A stretch of DNA of 63,896 nucleotides, counting the filler, from Octopus bimaculoides (Eukaryota): the NCBI RefSeq assembly GCF_001194135.2. It is 5 parts of 5 records of this genome, joined end to end, with 100 filler letters (N's around TTAATTAATTAA, not from the genome) between each part and the next. Parts side by side here need not be neighbours in the genome. Positions count along the whole stretch, not along the records: positions 1 to 17,184 come from NC_068985.1; positions 17,285 to 43,841 come from NC_068984.1; 3 more parts are not named here. One strand, 5' to 3'. A program made the position numbers and the translations under genes. Below are positions 12,381 to 24,030 of this stretch, piece after piece. How positions within the stretch are numbered: position 1 is the first letter of the stretch; each line of letters opens with the position of its first letter. The notes below the pieces were generated by a model that was not told the origin of the DNA, ran no database searches, and saw only the letters and a list, made by a program, of their open reading frames with translations.

Positions 12381-12834
12381 TATGNNNNNNNNNNNNNNNN
12401 NNNNNNNNNNNNNNNNNNNNNNNNNNNNNNNNNNNNNNNNNNNNNNNNNNNNNNNNNNNNNNNNNNNNNNNNNNNNNNNNNNNNNNNNNNNNNNNNNNNN
12501 NNNNNNNNNNNNNNNNNNNNNNNNNNNNNNNNNNNNNNNNNNNNNNNNNNNNNNNNNNNNNNNNNNNNNNNNNNNNNNNNNNNNNNNNNNNNNNNNNNNN
12601 NNNNNNNNNNNNNNNNNNNNNNNNNNNNNNNNNNNNNNNNNNNNNNNNNNNNNNNNNNNNNNNNNNNNNNNNNNNNNNNNNNNNNNNNNNNNNNNNNNNN
12701 NNNNNNNNNNNNNNNNNNNNNNNNNNNNNNNNNNNNNNNNNNNNNNNNNNNNNNNNNNNNNNNNNNNNNNNNNNNNNNNNNNNNNNNNNNNNNNNATATA
12801 GTGAAAGAAATGTGCATGTGTATGTCTCTGTCTG

Positions 12835-13495
12835 CCTGTCTGACAACCGACGCAGACTTGTGGAGTTAACACCGAAGATACCACCTACATCATAAGCAGT
12901 TGTCCGAAACTGTCATCATGGTATTATCTACCAATGAGACATGTTGTTATATCTGTCGGAAGGATAATTTTGAAGAGAAATAATTAAGAACCCACAGTTG
13001 TAGAAACCAGCTGCCCGGTGGTTGTTAACATGAGACTAAAAACTCAGTGAAGAAGAAAATACCTACGCTGAATTATTGAGAAATTTGCAGTTACCCTATC
13101 CAGATTACAAGTTCAGGTTCATACCTGTTTTTATCGGGGCACTGGGATATGTAACAGTGCGTGCCTAAACACTAATCTTGAGAAATTAGGCTTCTCAAAA
13201 CCAGAGAGGAGAAAGACTAGAGATCCAGTCCATCCCTGGAACTGTAAAAATCTGTAAAACTTCCCAAAATTAATCATTTAAGTATATATGAGCATGTCTA
13301 GATATGCAAGTCTATGCATGAGAATACATACATAAAACAAAACATGCCAATCTGCATATATACAAACATACATACATGCAAAAATATCCTGTTGATGTTG
13401 TTGAAGTTCCAATGAAGGAGCCTTGGATTTAGGTTAGAAACTGGCTCTTTCTCTATTGGCAAGAAATCTTGAAATAAAACTGAATAATGACTTAC
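12835..13495 (+). mobile_element. 3' end of an RLE-type (NeSL/HERO-like) non-LTR retrotransposon with 3' UTR
   Basis: Contains a CCHC-like region (RLVELTPKIPPT frame-shifted from C-x2-C...SSCPKL), VETSCP, YAELLRNLQLPYPDYKFRFIPVFIGALGYV and GTVKICKT. It is followed by a UTR ending next to (ACAT)n. Confidence 0.75.
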
Positions 13496-13813
13496 ATAGA
13501 TACGTACCTATCCACATACATACATACATACACACATACATGCATATACGTAATGTAAACAGGTAAATAGAACTCAAAACAAGAGTATATATACGTTTTT
13601 ATTTATTAGCAATTGGGAGAAACACAGAATGACTCAAATGTCGAGAGTTTCGTGCACTGGGATTTATGAAACTGGTTTCAATTCAATGAGTCAAATGATA
13701 GTGATGGTGGTATTTCGCTTGGTTATTCTCGATATAAAAATTACAATGTCAAGTGGATAAGGTATACTTTTTTAATGGTTTGCTAGTTATGACTTTCAAT
13801 AAATAAACTAAAG

Positions 13814-14531
13814 TTGAAAAATGTGCACGCTCAAAAGAGTTACAGAATGTCATAATAAACCTTAAAAAGTATGTGACTAACATTGTTGCTCAAAAATATT
13901 GGAATCACTATATGTTGTACATTCTGTGGAATCTTAAAACGAAAAGAATCCATGAATTACGATGACAGATTATTATTAAACCGAGTTCTTAATGTAAAAA
14001 TTTGAAAATGTACAAAATATGATCTTTAACTCCGAATAAGTAAATTCATTATAATACTCTTCATACCAAAGTATATAATAAAAAAAATCATATTTCATAC
14101 TGCATGCAAATTACCGTGGTAATAAAAAAATGGATTTATGACGAAGTCGAATCTATATAACAGCGAAAGTACGAAGCCGAAATAATTATAAGCAAAGATA
14201 ATTCGCATTATGATACACATATTAATGGAATAGTTTATGCGAATTAAACAAATTATTACTAAGTTATTTTTGATTGATTACTTGTAAATTTATAAAAAAT
14301 TGTCATTCATAGAAAGAATTATTGCGTGAAGATGGCATTAGTATTTGTACATAATCGTTTTGTTAAAATTAAGTATATGATAATTTAACTTGATTAATTT
14401 TTAATATAACTTAATTTCGATGAACTAAACAAATTCCTTTTGATAAAATATTTTGGGGCAACAATGTTAGTCTCATACATTTTAAGGTGTATTATGACAT
14501 TCTGTAACTCTTAAGCGTACGCATTTTTCAA
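13814..14531. mobile_element. Non-coding element with ~87-bp terminal inverted repeats (MITE-like)
   Basis: 13814-13900 is the reverse complement of 14447-14531, with about 8 mismatches and a 2-nt gap by eye. The interior is AT-rich. Confidence 0.7.
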
Positions 14532-15176
14532 TTCTAGCTTCGTACTTTTGAAGGCAACGCTTGTAATATTTTATATATATACCGTATTTCTCCTAATGGT
14601 GTGGCAGCCTCTAATAAACTGATACCCAAACGCCGACCAACTGAAATAGTGTGACTGTCACAATATTAAAAAAAATGTACGATAAAATCGATAATTGTCG
14701 AATTTGTTTATTATCATACGGAGAGATACTGAACAGCAGCTAGTAGATTACAAGCTGTACTATAAAGAAATGCATTTTAAAAAATAGTAATAGTATTAAT
14801 TTTTAGGAAATCATTAGCAAAATCTAAAACGACACACCATGCAACGAAGCGAAGGCAAAAGTGAGTAAGATAAAATTCTCGAAGACATCTGCACAACAAA
14901 CAATCGCTCATATGTTGATGATGATTGAAAATTAACCAATAAAATGCGATCACCACGCAAACAGCAACAGCTCCCTTACACTTTCAATCGCAACCTAGGC
15001 ATATATTGTCAGACACACAGTAAACTCGACTATGACATTCTGTTGTCGGTCACTGCGTGCCGGACAGATAAACAAATATGGAAAATTTAAAGTATNNNNN
15101 NNNNNNNNNNNNNNNNNNNNNNNNNNNNNNNNNNNNNNNNNNNNNNNNNNNNNNNNNNNNTATATATATATGAATT

Positions 15177-15603
15177 CATGTAGCAATAAGAAAATGGAGG
15201 GGAACATGTGGTACTCATCAACTTGCAGACACTGCACTATGTCGATTTACCTGTTTATTTTTCAACCGCGGTTACTAGATGTCCTTTTGAATTTTAATTG
15301 CTGATATGACGTAGTGTGTCATATGTGTTTGCATATTGTCTTTATTGTCCTTTCGGTTGAAAAATAAACAAGTTAATTAACATAGTACAGTGTCTGCAGG
15401 TTGATGAGTACCACATATTCCCCTCCATTTTCTTATTGCTATATAAATTTAGGGTAAAATTTCCTTTTACCCGCACCCACTTATTGCACTTGGTAAAAAC
15501 ACTAGTGTAATAATAATTGGGTACCCTCCCAGCAGTATATTGGATAGTTATTATTCCTTAGTGGGTTGGATTCACAACCCCTAACTTTCTTGGATTATAT
15601 ATA
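15177..15603 (+). mobile_element. Fold-back repeat family E copy (inverted 5' segment plus body), PLE-terminal-repeat-like
   Basis: 15177-15268 is inverted relative to 15354-15445. The body is homologous to 48210-48560, and the copy is flanked by TA repeats. Confidence 0.85.
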
Positions 15604-15701
15604 AATTTATGCATACTTATGCTCACAGAAATGTGAGTGTTGGTGAATATATGTACAGTATGGATATGAATACATACTCATACGCCTACATATAAGTAGG
15701 T

Positions 15702-15741
<40 letters not shown>

Positions 15742-15759
15742 GAATGTTAGTAGTAGTTC

Positions 15760-15818
<59 letters not shown>

Positions 15819-15944
15819 ACAACAAAACAGTTTATAAATCTTCTCTGCCAAATTATGAACATAATTTTCTTTCTATTAAACAAGTTTCTCGCAATGCTTA
15901 TGGCTATGTATCACCTGATGATAATGATAAAGACAGGGAGATGG

Positions 15945-16800
15945 ATGAGAGAGGGGGAGGAAGATGAAGAAGGAAGAGGAAGGAAGAGAAGGAGGAGGGG
16001 TAAAAGAGGAGGGAGGAAGGGGTGGAAGGGAGAGGAGGAAGGGAGAGGAGGGAAGAGAAGGAGGTGGGAAGAGAAGGAGGAGGGAAGAGAAGGAGGAGGG
16101 AAGAGAAGGAGGAGGGAAGAGAAGGAGGAGGGAAGAGAAGNNNNNNNNNNNNNNNNNNNNNNNNNNNNNNNNNNNNNNNNNNNNNNNNNNNNNNNNNNNN
16201 NNNNNNNNNNNNNNNNNNNNNNNNNNNNNNNNNNNNNNNNNNNNNNNNNNNNNNNNNNNNNNNNNNNNNNNNNNNNNNNNNNNNNNNNNNNNNNNNNNNN
16301 NNNNNNNNNNNNNNNNNNNNNNNNNNNNNNNNNNNNNNNNNNNNNNNNNNNNNNNNNNNNNNNNNNNNNNNNNNNNNNNNNNNNNNNNNNNNNNNNNNNN
16401 NNNNNNNNNNNNNNNNNNNNNNNNNNNNNNNNNNNNNNNNNNNNNNNNNNNNNNNNNNNNNNNNNNNNNNNNNNNNNNNNNNNNNNNNNNNNNNNNNNNN
16501 NNNNNNNNNNNNNNNNNNNNNNNNNNNNNNNNNNNNNNNNNNNNNNNNNNNNNNNNNNNNNNNNNNNNNNNNNNNNNNNNNNNNNNNNNNNNNNNNNNNN
16601 NNNNNNNNNNNNNNNNNNNNNNNNNNNNNNNNNNNNNNNNNNNNNNNNNNNNNNNNNNNNNNNNNNNNNNNNNNNGGTACAAAGGAGAGGAAGGGAAGGG
16701 GAGGAAGGAGAGGGGAGGGAGAGGAGTAGGAGATGAAGGGTAGATGAAAGAGGGTAAGGGGAGAGGGAGAGGGAAAGAGAAAGAGTGAGAGGGGAGAGGA
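15945..16800. repeat. Polypurine tract with 16-bp minisatellite (GGAAGAGAAGGAGGAG)n, gap inside
   Basis: At least five tandem units are visible at 16051-16140. Confidence 0.9.
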
Positions 16801-17147
16801 GGGAGAGAGGAGGTGGTGGTGGTGGTGGTGGTGGTTATGGTGATGCTGGCAGTGGTGATGGGGTGGTGGGGAGGATGTTGATGATTATGATGATGATGAT
16901 GCTAGATATGAGGGTGATGAAAATAAGGTTGGTATCGTTTCTGGACAGATAATGATTCATTTTCTTTCTCCATCACTTTTCCCCGATTTTGCGTCTACAT
17001 ACACATTTTGATTTATATGTAGATACAACTCCGTCGTATGTGTGTATGCGTGCGTGAGTGCATGAATGAGTATGTGTATATATGTGTGTGAATCTGTGTG
17101 GATGTATCTATGTATGTGCATATATGCATACAAACATACCTGCATAT

Positions 17148-17184
<37 letters not shown>

Positions 17185-17228
17185 NNNNNNNNNNNNNNNN
17201 NNNNNNNNNNNNNNNNNNNNNNNNNNNN

Positions 17229-17240
17229 TTAATTAATTAA
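17229..17240. other. TTAATTAATTAA spacer between N runs: assembly/scaffolding artefact (also 43886-43897, 60494-60505, 62285-62296)
   Basis: The identical 12-mer, with stops in all six frames, is flanked by Ns on both sides four times. Confidence 0.9.
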
Positions 17241-17294
17241 NNNNNNNNNNNNNNNNNNNNNNNNNNNNNNNNNNNNNNNNNNNNATATATACAG

Positions 17295-17325
<31 letters not shown>

Positions 17326-17674
17326 GGAATAATCTGGAGTATATAACCAGCCGAAATTTCAAAGATAATCTGGAACTCGACTGAGGAAAGAAAACTCCGA
17401 ATGATTCGTCCTTGTTTTCTTTGTATCGTCTGTCTGGATGTTTTGTTGTCCCTTTTTTGTATCATCTAACAGTCTGGATGTTTTGCGTTCTTGTCCCATT
17501 TTTGTATTTTTTATATATATAAAATATAGCGGCGTACGTGTTTAGTGTTCAAGAAAAATACTGAATGAAGTTTGTTTCCTAAAATTCCGACTCTTTTTTC
17601 CCACATTTTCTCGTTTTTTACCTTTTGGGCTCTACACATTTTGGAACTAGTCCTTCAATTATTACTACTTTGAG

Positions 17675-18705
17675 GAGCGTTTCTTCTTTTTCTTCTAGAT
17701 AGGAGCCTAGATATGTCTTCCTTAGAGTTATACTTTTAACCATCCTCTTCCTTCTGCTCTTTTCCAATGTAATCAATCTACATCAGATTGAGGATGCATA
17801 CTTCTGAGCACTGTGAGCTGTTTCTTTGTTTTTCTGTCGATGCCTTTCAGTTCATTTTTTTCTCCAGTTACTAATTCCTACTCCATACTTATTAAAAATA
17901 CTGGCCTCAAGTTGATTGTTTGTATGATGTTTACCACATTCAGTTTGGATTTCGGAATATTATTTATTCTATGAAAATATTCTCTAATGAAAGTTTCCTT
18001 TATTTCTATACATCTCATTTTGTCACTTTCTAACGACAAAGCCGAAGGTATTCCCAAGATATTTATTGGTTTCTTCCTCGTTTAATGATTATATGTTTCC
18101 ATTAAAGCGGCGAGCTGGCAGAAACGCTAGCACGGCGGCCGAAATGCTTAGCGGTATTTTGTCTGTCTTTATGTTCTGAGTCCAAATTCCGCCGAGGTCG
18201 ACTTTGTCTTTTATCCTTTCGGGGTCGATAAATTAAGTACCAGTTACGTACTGGAGCCGATCTAATCGACTGTCCCCCTCCCCCAAAATTTGGGCCTTGT
18301 GCCTAGAGTATCATTATGTGGGTCTGTCACAGTACATTTTATGATGTTGTCCACTCTTCATCTCTATTATTGCAGTTTCCGGTTCCAGAAGTCATTCCAA
18401 TATCGTTACTAAAAACCCTTGCGGTGTACATTAAGGAGCCCAGTTGGTTCTTGTTATTGCCACAGAGCTTTGAATCATTTATAACTATATTGTTTACTTT
18501 CCCCCATTTTTTTACCAGTGAGTATTCTTACTTAGCTTTGTTTAGTATAATCGACAAAGGAATCTCTACGATTACTACCTAGACGGGAGAAAAATTGTCC
18601 TCTTGAAAGAATCCTTCTCAGATCTCATCTTTAGGTGCCAAAACTTGTCCCTTGATGACTCTGGATGAGGCTTAGGTGCAGCTTGTTTAATCTAAAGCAA
18701 AGGCA
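17675..18705 (-). mobile_element. R4/Dong-like non-LTR retrotransposon RT fragment, interrupted by a SINE
   Basis: Minus-strand translation gives IPLSIILNKAK, NDSKLCGNNKNQLGSL..VFSNDIGM, SLNEEETNKYLG, YGVGISNW, ELKGIDRKT and MHPQSDVD, homologous to the RT of 19831-23065. Confidence 0.75.
18106..18312 (+). mobile_element. SINE family B, near full length (tRNA-derived head)
   Basis: Reads GCGGCGAGCTGGCAGAAAC...CTGAGTCCAAATTCCGCCGAGGTCGAC...GTACCAGT...GGCCTTGTGCCTAGAG. It splits the RT fragment, with a possible 4-bp CATT duplication. Confidence 0.9.
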
Positions 18706-18724
18706 AAACATAATAATAATAAAA

Positions 18725-18926
18725 ATAATGAGAGTAGAGCAAGCCCCCAAAACTGTTCTATTGGGGACAACTAGAATTTTGAGATTGGTAGTTGGATGTT
18801 AAATGTCTTCCACGATAATTAACAATCAAGTACCAAAGCTTATAATGTGCAGAAAGAGACCCTGTGAGACCTCTGATAACAGGCTGCTGTCTGTCCTCAG
18901 AGAATAAACCAGACCGAGCGCTGTGA
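18725..18926 (+). mobile_element. Extreme 3' end of an R4/Dong-like element with 3' UTR
   Basis: Translates to EQAPKTVLLGTTRILRLVVGC* and is followed by (AAC)n(AAT)n at 18927-19047. Confidence 0.65.
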
Positions 18927-18964
18927 AAAGTCAAACAACAACAACAACAACAATAACAACAACA

Positions 18965-19035
<71 letters not shown>

Positions 19036-19047
19036 TATTATTATTAT

Positions 19048-19170
19048 GGTTTCAAATTTTGCCACAAGGGCAGCAATTTTGTGGGCGGGGTTGAGTCAAT
19101 CACATCAACCCCAGTGTTTCACTGGTACTTAATCGATCGACCCCAAAAGGATGAAAGGCAAAGTCGACTT
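19048..19170 (-). mobile_element. SINE family B, 3' half
   Basis: Matches 28315-28516 (ggtacttaatcgatcgacccc..aaggatgaaaggcaaagtcgac). Confidence 0.8.
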
Positions 19171-19560
19171 CTTGGAAAGTCTTAGGAAGACTGACCACAC
19201 AGTTGATTCTAGAAGATTAAATGTGAATATAGAGGACAAAATAAACAGTGTAAGATCACTGAGTTTACAATTCCCTATGATAACAGAGTTGACACCAAAG
19301 AAATTGATAAATTGAGAAATATCAGAGATCTGAAGAGATTGTGGAAAACCAGAACAACAATTATTCCTGTAGTAATTGGTGTGCTCGACGCAGCATCTCA
19401 AATACAACCTAAGTGGCTGAAAGATATTGAACTGAAGATCGCATTCTTGAAAAGTACGATCCTGTATTCTGCAAGAATTCTAAGAAAGATTTAAGGAAAC
19501 CTCTTGTCAACAAACCTCAAGATAACATTCCTGCTTATTCAATTTGCATGTAATAGCTTA
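19171..19560 (+). mobile_element. 3' fragment (RLE domain and UTR) of another R4/Dong-like family
   Basis: Translates to RLWKTRTTIIPVVIGVLDA...KSTILYSARILRKI*, followed by a UTR and (GAT)n(AAT)n. Confidence 0.7.
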
Positions 19561-19704
19561 ACGATAATGATGATGATGATGATGATGATAATAATAATAA
19601 TAATAATAATAACCATAAGAGCATCACGGCAAACCACAGCACATACCCATGGTACACAGAGCTGCGCTCGGTAGTGGAGTGAAATTCACGCTATNNNNNN
19701 NNNN

Positions 19705-19762
<58 letters not shown>

Positions 19763-19765
19763 GTG

Positions 19766-19830
<65 letters not shown>

Positions 19831-19835
<5 letters not shown>

Positions 19836-22800
19836 GGCATGGAGCGACAGAGGCCTATTTAAATTAAGTGAACAAAATCTGTGTGACCAAGCTAGAGTCA
19901 TCAAAAAGAACGAATGGTTATCTCCAGTTGAACTAGAAACCATTAAGAGACGGGCGCTTAGGGATAGTAAGACAGCGGTGAAGGGAAGGATGAGGAAAAG
20001 GATTGCAGATAATGAAACTATGGCAGTAGAGTTAACGGAAGAAAATGAGCATGAGGCTGAGATTATTGATCAGGAAAGCGATGATAAAAAAACCGAGGAA
20101 CAGATATCCATTTTAAATGAAGCCATTGATATTTGGGCCTCTGATAGTACAGAGCCTTCATACGGGTTTTTTTTTAAAAAGTAGACAGAAAGAAACTCAA
20201 TGAATGGGCCAAGAAGATAAATGATATCACTAGTGATGTCAGGAATGACAACATCACAGACACCAACAATCTGATAAATGCAATCTCGATCTTTATAGCC
20301 CGGAAGTTAGATTTGAAAGCCAAAGATAAATGTCAACATAACCTGAAGGAGCCATGGTGAAAAAGGAGAATGACGCAGTCTATTAACGAGACCAGAAAAT
20401 ATATTAATATTCTGGAACTGAAAAAAAGAAATGAAGTTCAGCGAGAAAAATATGTTGAGCTAGAGAGGAAGTAGAGGGTGAAGAGAAAGGGAATCAATGC
20501 TGTGATTGAGGAATTAAAACAGAGGTTGAAAGCTAAAGCACATAAACTAAAAAGATATGAACAGAGAATTGAGCAGTACAGATAAAACAGACTTTTCGAA
20601 CAAAATCAGAAACGAATCTACCAGGAGCTGGATGGGAAAGAAAAAGGTAAAAAGGCAGTACCGGATGCTGAAGAAAGCAAAAAATTCTGGTCAAACATAT
20701 GGTCTCAGGAGAAACACGAAACTGAAGTTGAGTGGTTAAAGACACTCAAAGAGCAGAGTGGAGAGTATCAGCAAGAGGATTTGAGAATAATCGAGGAGAT
20801 GATTAGAGATCAGTGCAGGAAAATTCCTAACTGGAAAGCGCCTGGCCCAGATGGGGTTCAGGGCTTTGGTTTAAAAACTCGACAGCTTTGCACAGGAGAA
20901 TTGCAAGACAGATGGACGAAATACTGAGAAGTTACATCCAAGTACCAGCCTGGATGACAAAAGGAAGAACGGTACAATGCCAGAAGGGCCCAAGTAAAGG
21001 GAATGCGGTTGGAAATTTACGACCAATACCTTGTTTAACATTGGTGTGGAAAGTGATGACGGGCATCATATCAAACAGCATCTATAAGTATCTAGATGAG
21101 AACGACCTACTTCCAGTTGAACAAAAAGGGTGTAGACGTAAAAGCAGAGGAACAAAGGATCAATTGCTAACCGATAAGACTATCCTGGCTGACTACAAGA
21201 AGAGACACAAAAATTTGGCGATGGCATAGGTGGAGTACAAGAAAGTATATGATATGGCCCCACACTCGTGGATTATTGAATACCTTAAACTGCTTAAGGT
21301 CTACTGAAGTTAATACAAAACTCAATGATAACGTGAACTGAACTCACAGCATGGGGAGATAAGCTGGGAGATGTAAATATCAAAAGAGGAATCTTTCAAG
21401 GGGACAGTGTCGCCTCTCCTATTTGTTGTCTGCGTACTGCCACTAACACGCTTTACGAAAGATGCGTGTGGGGTACATGCTAGGCGGGATGATATTAAAT
21501 AACCTATGGTTTATGGATGACCTAAAGCTATTCGCTAAGACTGAAAAAGAAATTGAGAGTTTGACGGCAACTGTTCAAAGGATTAGCAAAGATATTGGCA
21601 TGGAATTTGGGATCGAGAAATGTGGTGTAATGGTTCTCAAAAGGGGGAAAATCAGTTAAAGCCACGGGATCAAGCTGGAAAGTGGTGAAACTATAAAGGA
21701 AGCCAGAGAGAAAGGATACAAGTACCTGGGTATCGTTGAAAGAGATAGGATGAATGAACACAAGATGAAAGAAATGTACAGGAAAGAGTATTTGAGAACT
21801 CGGTTTGTGCTTCAATCGAAGCTAAATGGCCGCTATACGATTAATGCAATTAACATGTGGGTGGTTGCTTTAATGAGATATGGGGCAGGAATAGTATCTT
21901 GGAAGACGCATGAATTACAAGAGACAGACCGGAGGACACGTAAATTAACGACAATGAACAAGGAACTACACGCCAAGAGTGATGTGTCAAGATTGTATGT
22001 AAAGAGGGAAGAAGGAGGACGAGAATTGGTGTGTTGTGAAGGTTGTGTAAGGGAAGAGGAGAATAGCCTGGTTTGGTATGTCAAAGGGAGTAAAGAAGAA
22101 ATGATTGAAGCTGTGAAAATACAGGGATCATTAAAAGTGAACGATGCCGTAGATCCACCACCTTTCAAGAAAGACCAGAGAGAGCAGATAAAGAAAATTT
22201 GGCAGGACAAGAAAATGCACAGTCAGTTTTTGAAGAATAAAGATGAAATTGATTGGAATAGAGCCTGGCAACAGCTGCAGAAAGGAGACTTAAAAGGGCC
22301 CATAGAGGCATTAGTGTGCAGCGCTCAAGAACAAGCTCTCAGAACAAACTACAAATATCACATCGATAATAGCACTGACTCGCCACAGTGTAGAATGTGC
22401 TCTGAGAAGAGAGAAAGTATAAGTCGTATTGTTAGTGAGTACTGTAAGCTCGCACAACGCGAATACAAAAGGAGACACGATAATATGTCCAGATATGTCC
22501 ACTGGATGTTGTGCGGTAAAGCAACCCTCGAGAGAGCCGAACACTGGTATGAACACAAGTCAGAGGGAGTAATGGAAAACGAACATTACAAAACACTCTG
22601 GGATTTTAACGTGCAGTGCAACTAAGACATAGAGGCGAGACGACCAGATATCGTGCTCATCCTTAAAGAGGAAAAAGAAGTAAAAATAATAGATGTTGCA
22701 ATACCAGTCGATTCGAGGGTGAAATGTAAGGAAACAGAAAAGAGTGAGAAATACCAGCCACTGCAGGACGAGATAGGAAAGGTATGGGGCATGAGGAAAG

Positions 22801-23065
22801 TAATGGTGATACCGGTGGTAATTGGAGCATTAGGAGCAGTTTTCAAGGGCTTTGAAAAACATATTAAGAATATTGGAGTTTCTGTCAGGTACGAAGTGAT
22901 CCAGAAGACAGCATTGTTGGGTACAGCTCGCATTCTAAGGAGAGTATTGTCTCTTTGAGTCACAGGAGAGGGCACTACTTGAAACCTTTGGTGATTTGTT
23001 ATTGCCTGCTTTCAAGTAAAGAATAACTGGTAATTAAGAACTATCCGTGAATCTTTCAGAATAAC
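19831..23065 (+). mobile_element. R4/Dong-clade non-LTR retrotransposon, 5'-truncated and inactivated (RT, CCHC, RLE)
   Basis: Motifs in order: SEQNLCDQARVIKKNEWLS, NWKAPGPDG, RPIPCL, EQKGCR..GTKDQLL, GIFQGDS, FMDDLKLF, YKYLG, CRMCSE..., WDFNVQ, RRPDIV, IIDVAIP, PVVIGALG, LLGTARILRRVLSL* (22958). It has several stops and frameshifts and (AAT)n on both sides. Confidence 0.93.
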
Positions 23066-23074
23066 AATAATAAT

Positions 23075-23540
23075 AGTAAGATTTTGTGGGACTTTCCTAT
23101 TCAAACGGACGACTAGTTAGAAAATAATAGACCAGACATATAACAATTATAGGTAAGGAAAAGCGAAGTTGCTTACTAATCGATCCATCATGCCCGTTTG
23201 ACTCCAGGATCGAAAAGAAAGAGATGAAAAGGAAAAATACAATCTCTTAAAATTTGAAATAGGAAGAATTTGGAGGATGAGAACTGTCCAGGTCGTGCCT
23301 ATAATAATTGGTGCGTTGGGAATAATAAGCAAAGATAGAGACAAATGACTTAAGGAGATTGGAATAGAATACCATGTAGAGCTCCTACAAAATATTTGTC
23401 TCTTAGGGACAGCAAGGATTATCAGGAGGGTTCTAAGCACTTGAAAGACTAGTGAAAACTTGTGGATACCTAAGGTTACAGGTGGTAACTCGTTACCCAC
23501 ATAAATCCTATCAAGAACAAGACCGAACCTGTGTCAAACC
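23075..23540 (+). mobile_element. 3' fragment (RLE domain and UTR) of a further R4/Dong-like family
   Basis: Translates to KILWDFPIQTD, NNRPDI, LLIDPSCPFD, VVPIIIGALG and LLGTARIIRRVL, followed by (AAT)n at 23541-23592. Confidence 0.8.
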
Positions 23541-23592
<52 letters not shown>

Positions 23593-24030
23593 TAGTACCA
23601 GGACGTGTCTCTCATGACTTCTGATCTTAACTGATTGCAAGTGTTATCATTCGTGTTTTGTCTTGGTATAAAAGATGGGCTACAGCAAATATTCTGCTCA
23701 ATACCACAGATTTAGATTTACTTGTCAGTTGCTTGACCTTAACTAGTTGAGCATGTCCTTTGGTGACTGATGATATGTGTATATCTGATCATAAACAGGA
23801 GTAGTATTGGGTCTCATAGCCATGTGTTGAGAGGAATTCTTAGGGATTTGAATAATTCACATCTGGAAACATGGATGTTTCATTCATCATCCTTAAGCAA
23901 CCCTTATTCAAGGACCTTTTGATCGGGATTGGCTATTCAATCTGAAGGAAATTTTAACCGGGCCTTGCCTGCAAGGTCTTGCGCTCTTTATCTCGATATC
24001 TCAATAATAATAATAACAACAATAATAATA

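Noticed and set aside
17229-17240. Recurrent palindromic TTAATTAATTAA
   Set aside because: It is always flanked by Ns, so it is a scaffolding spacer and not a biological motif.
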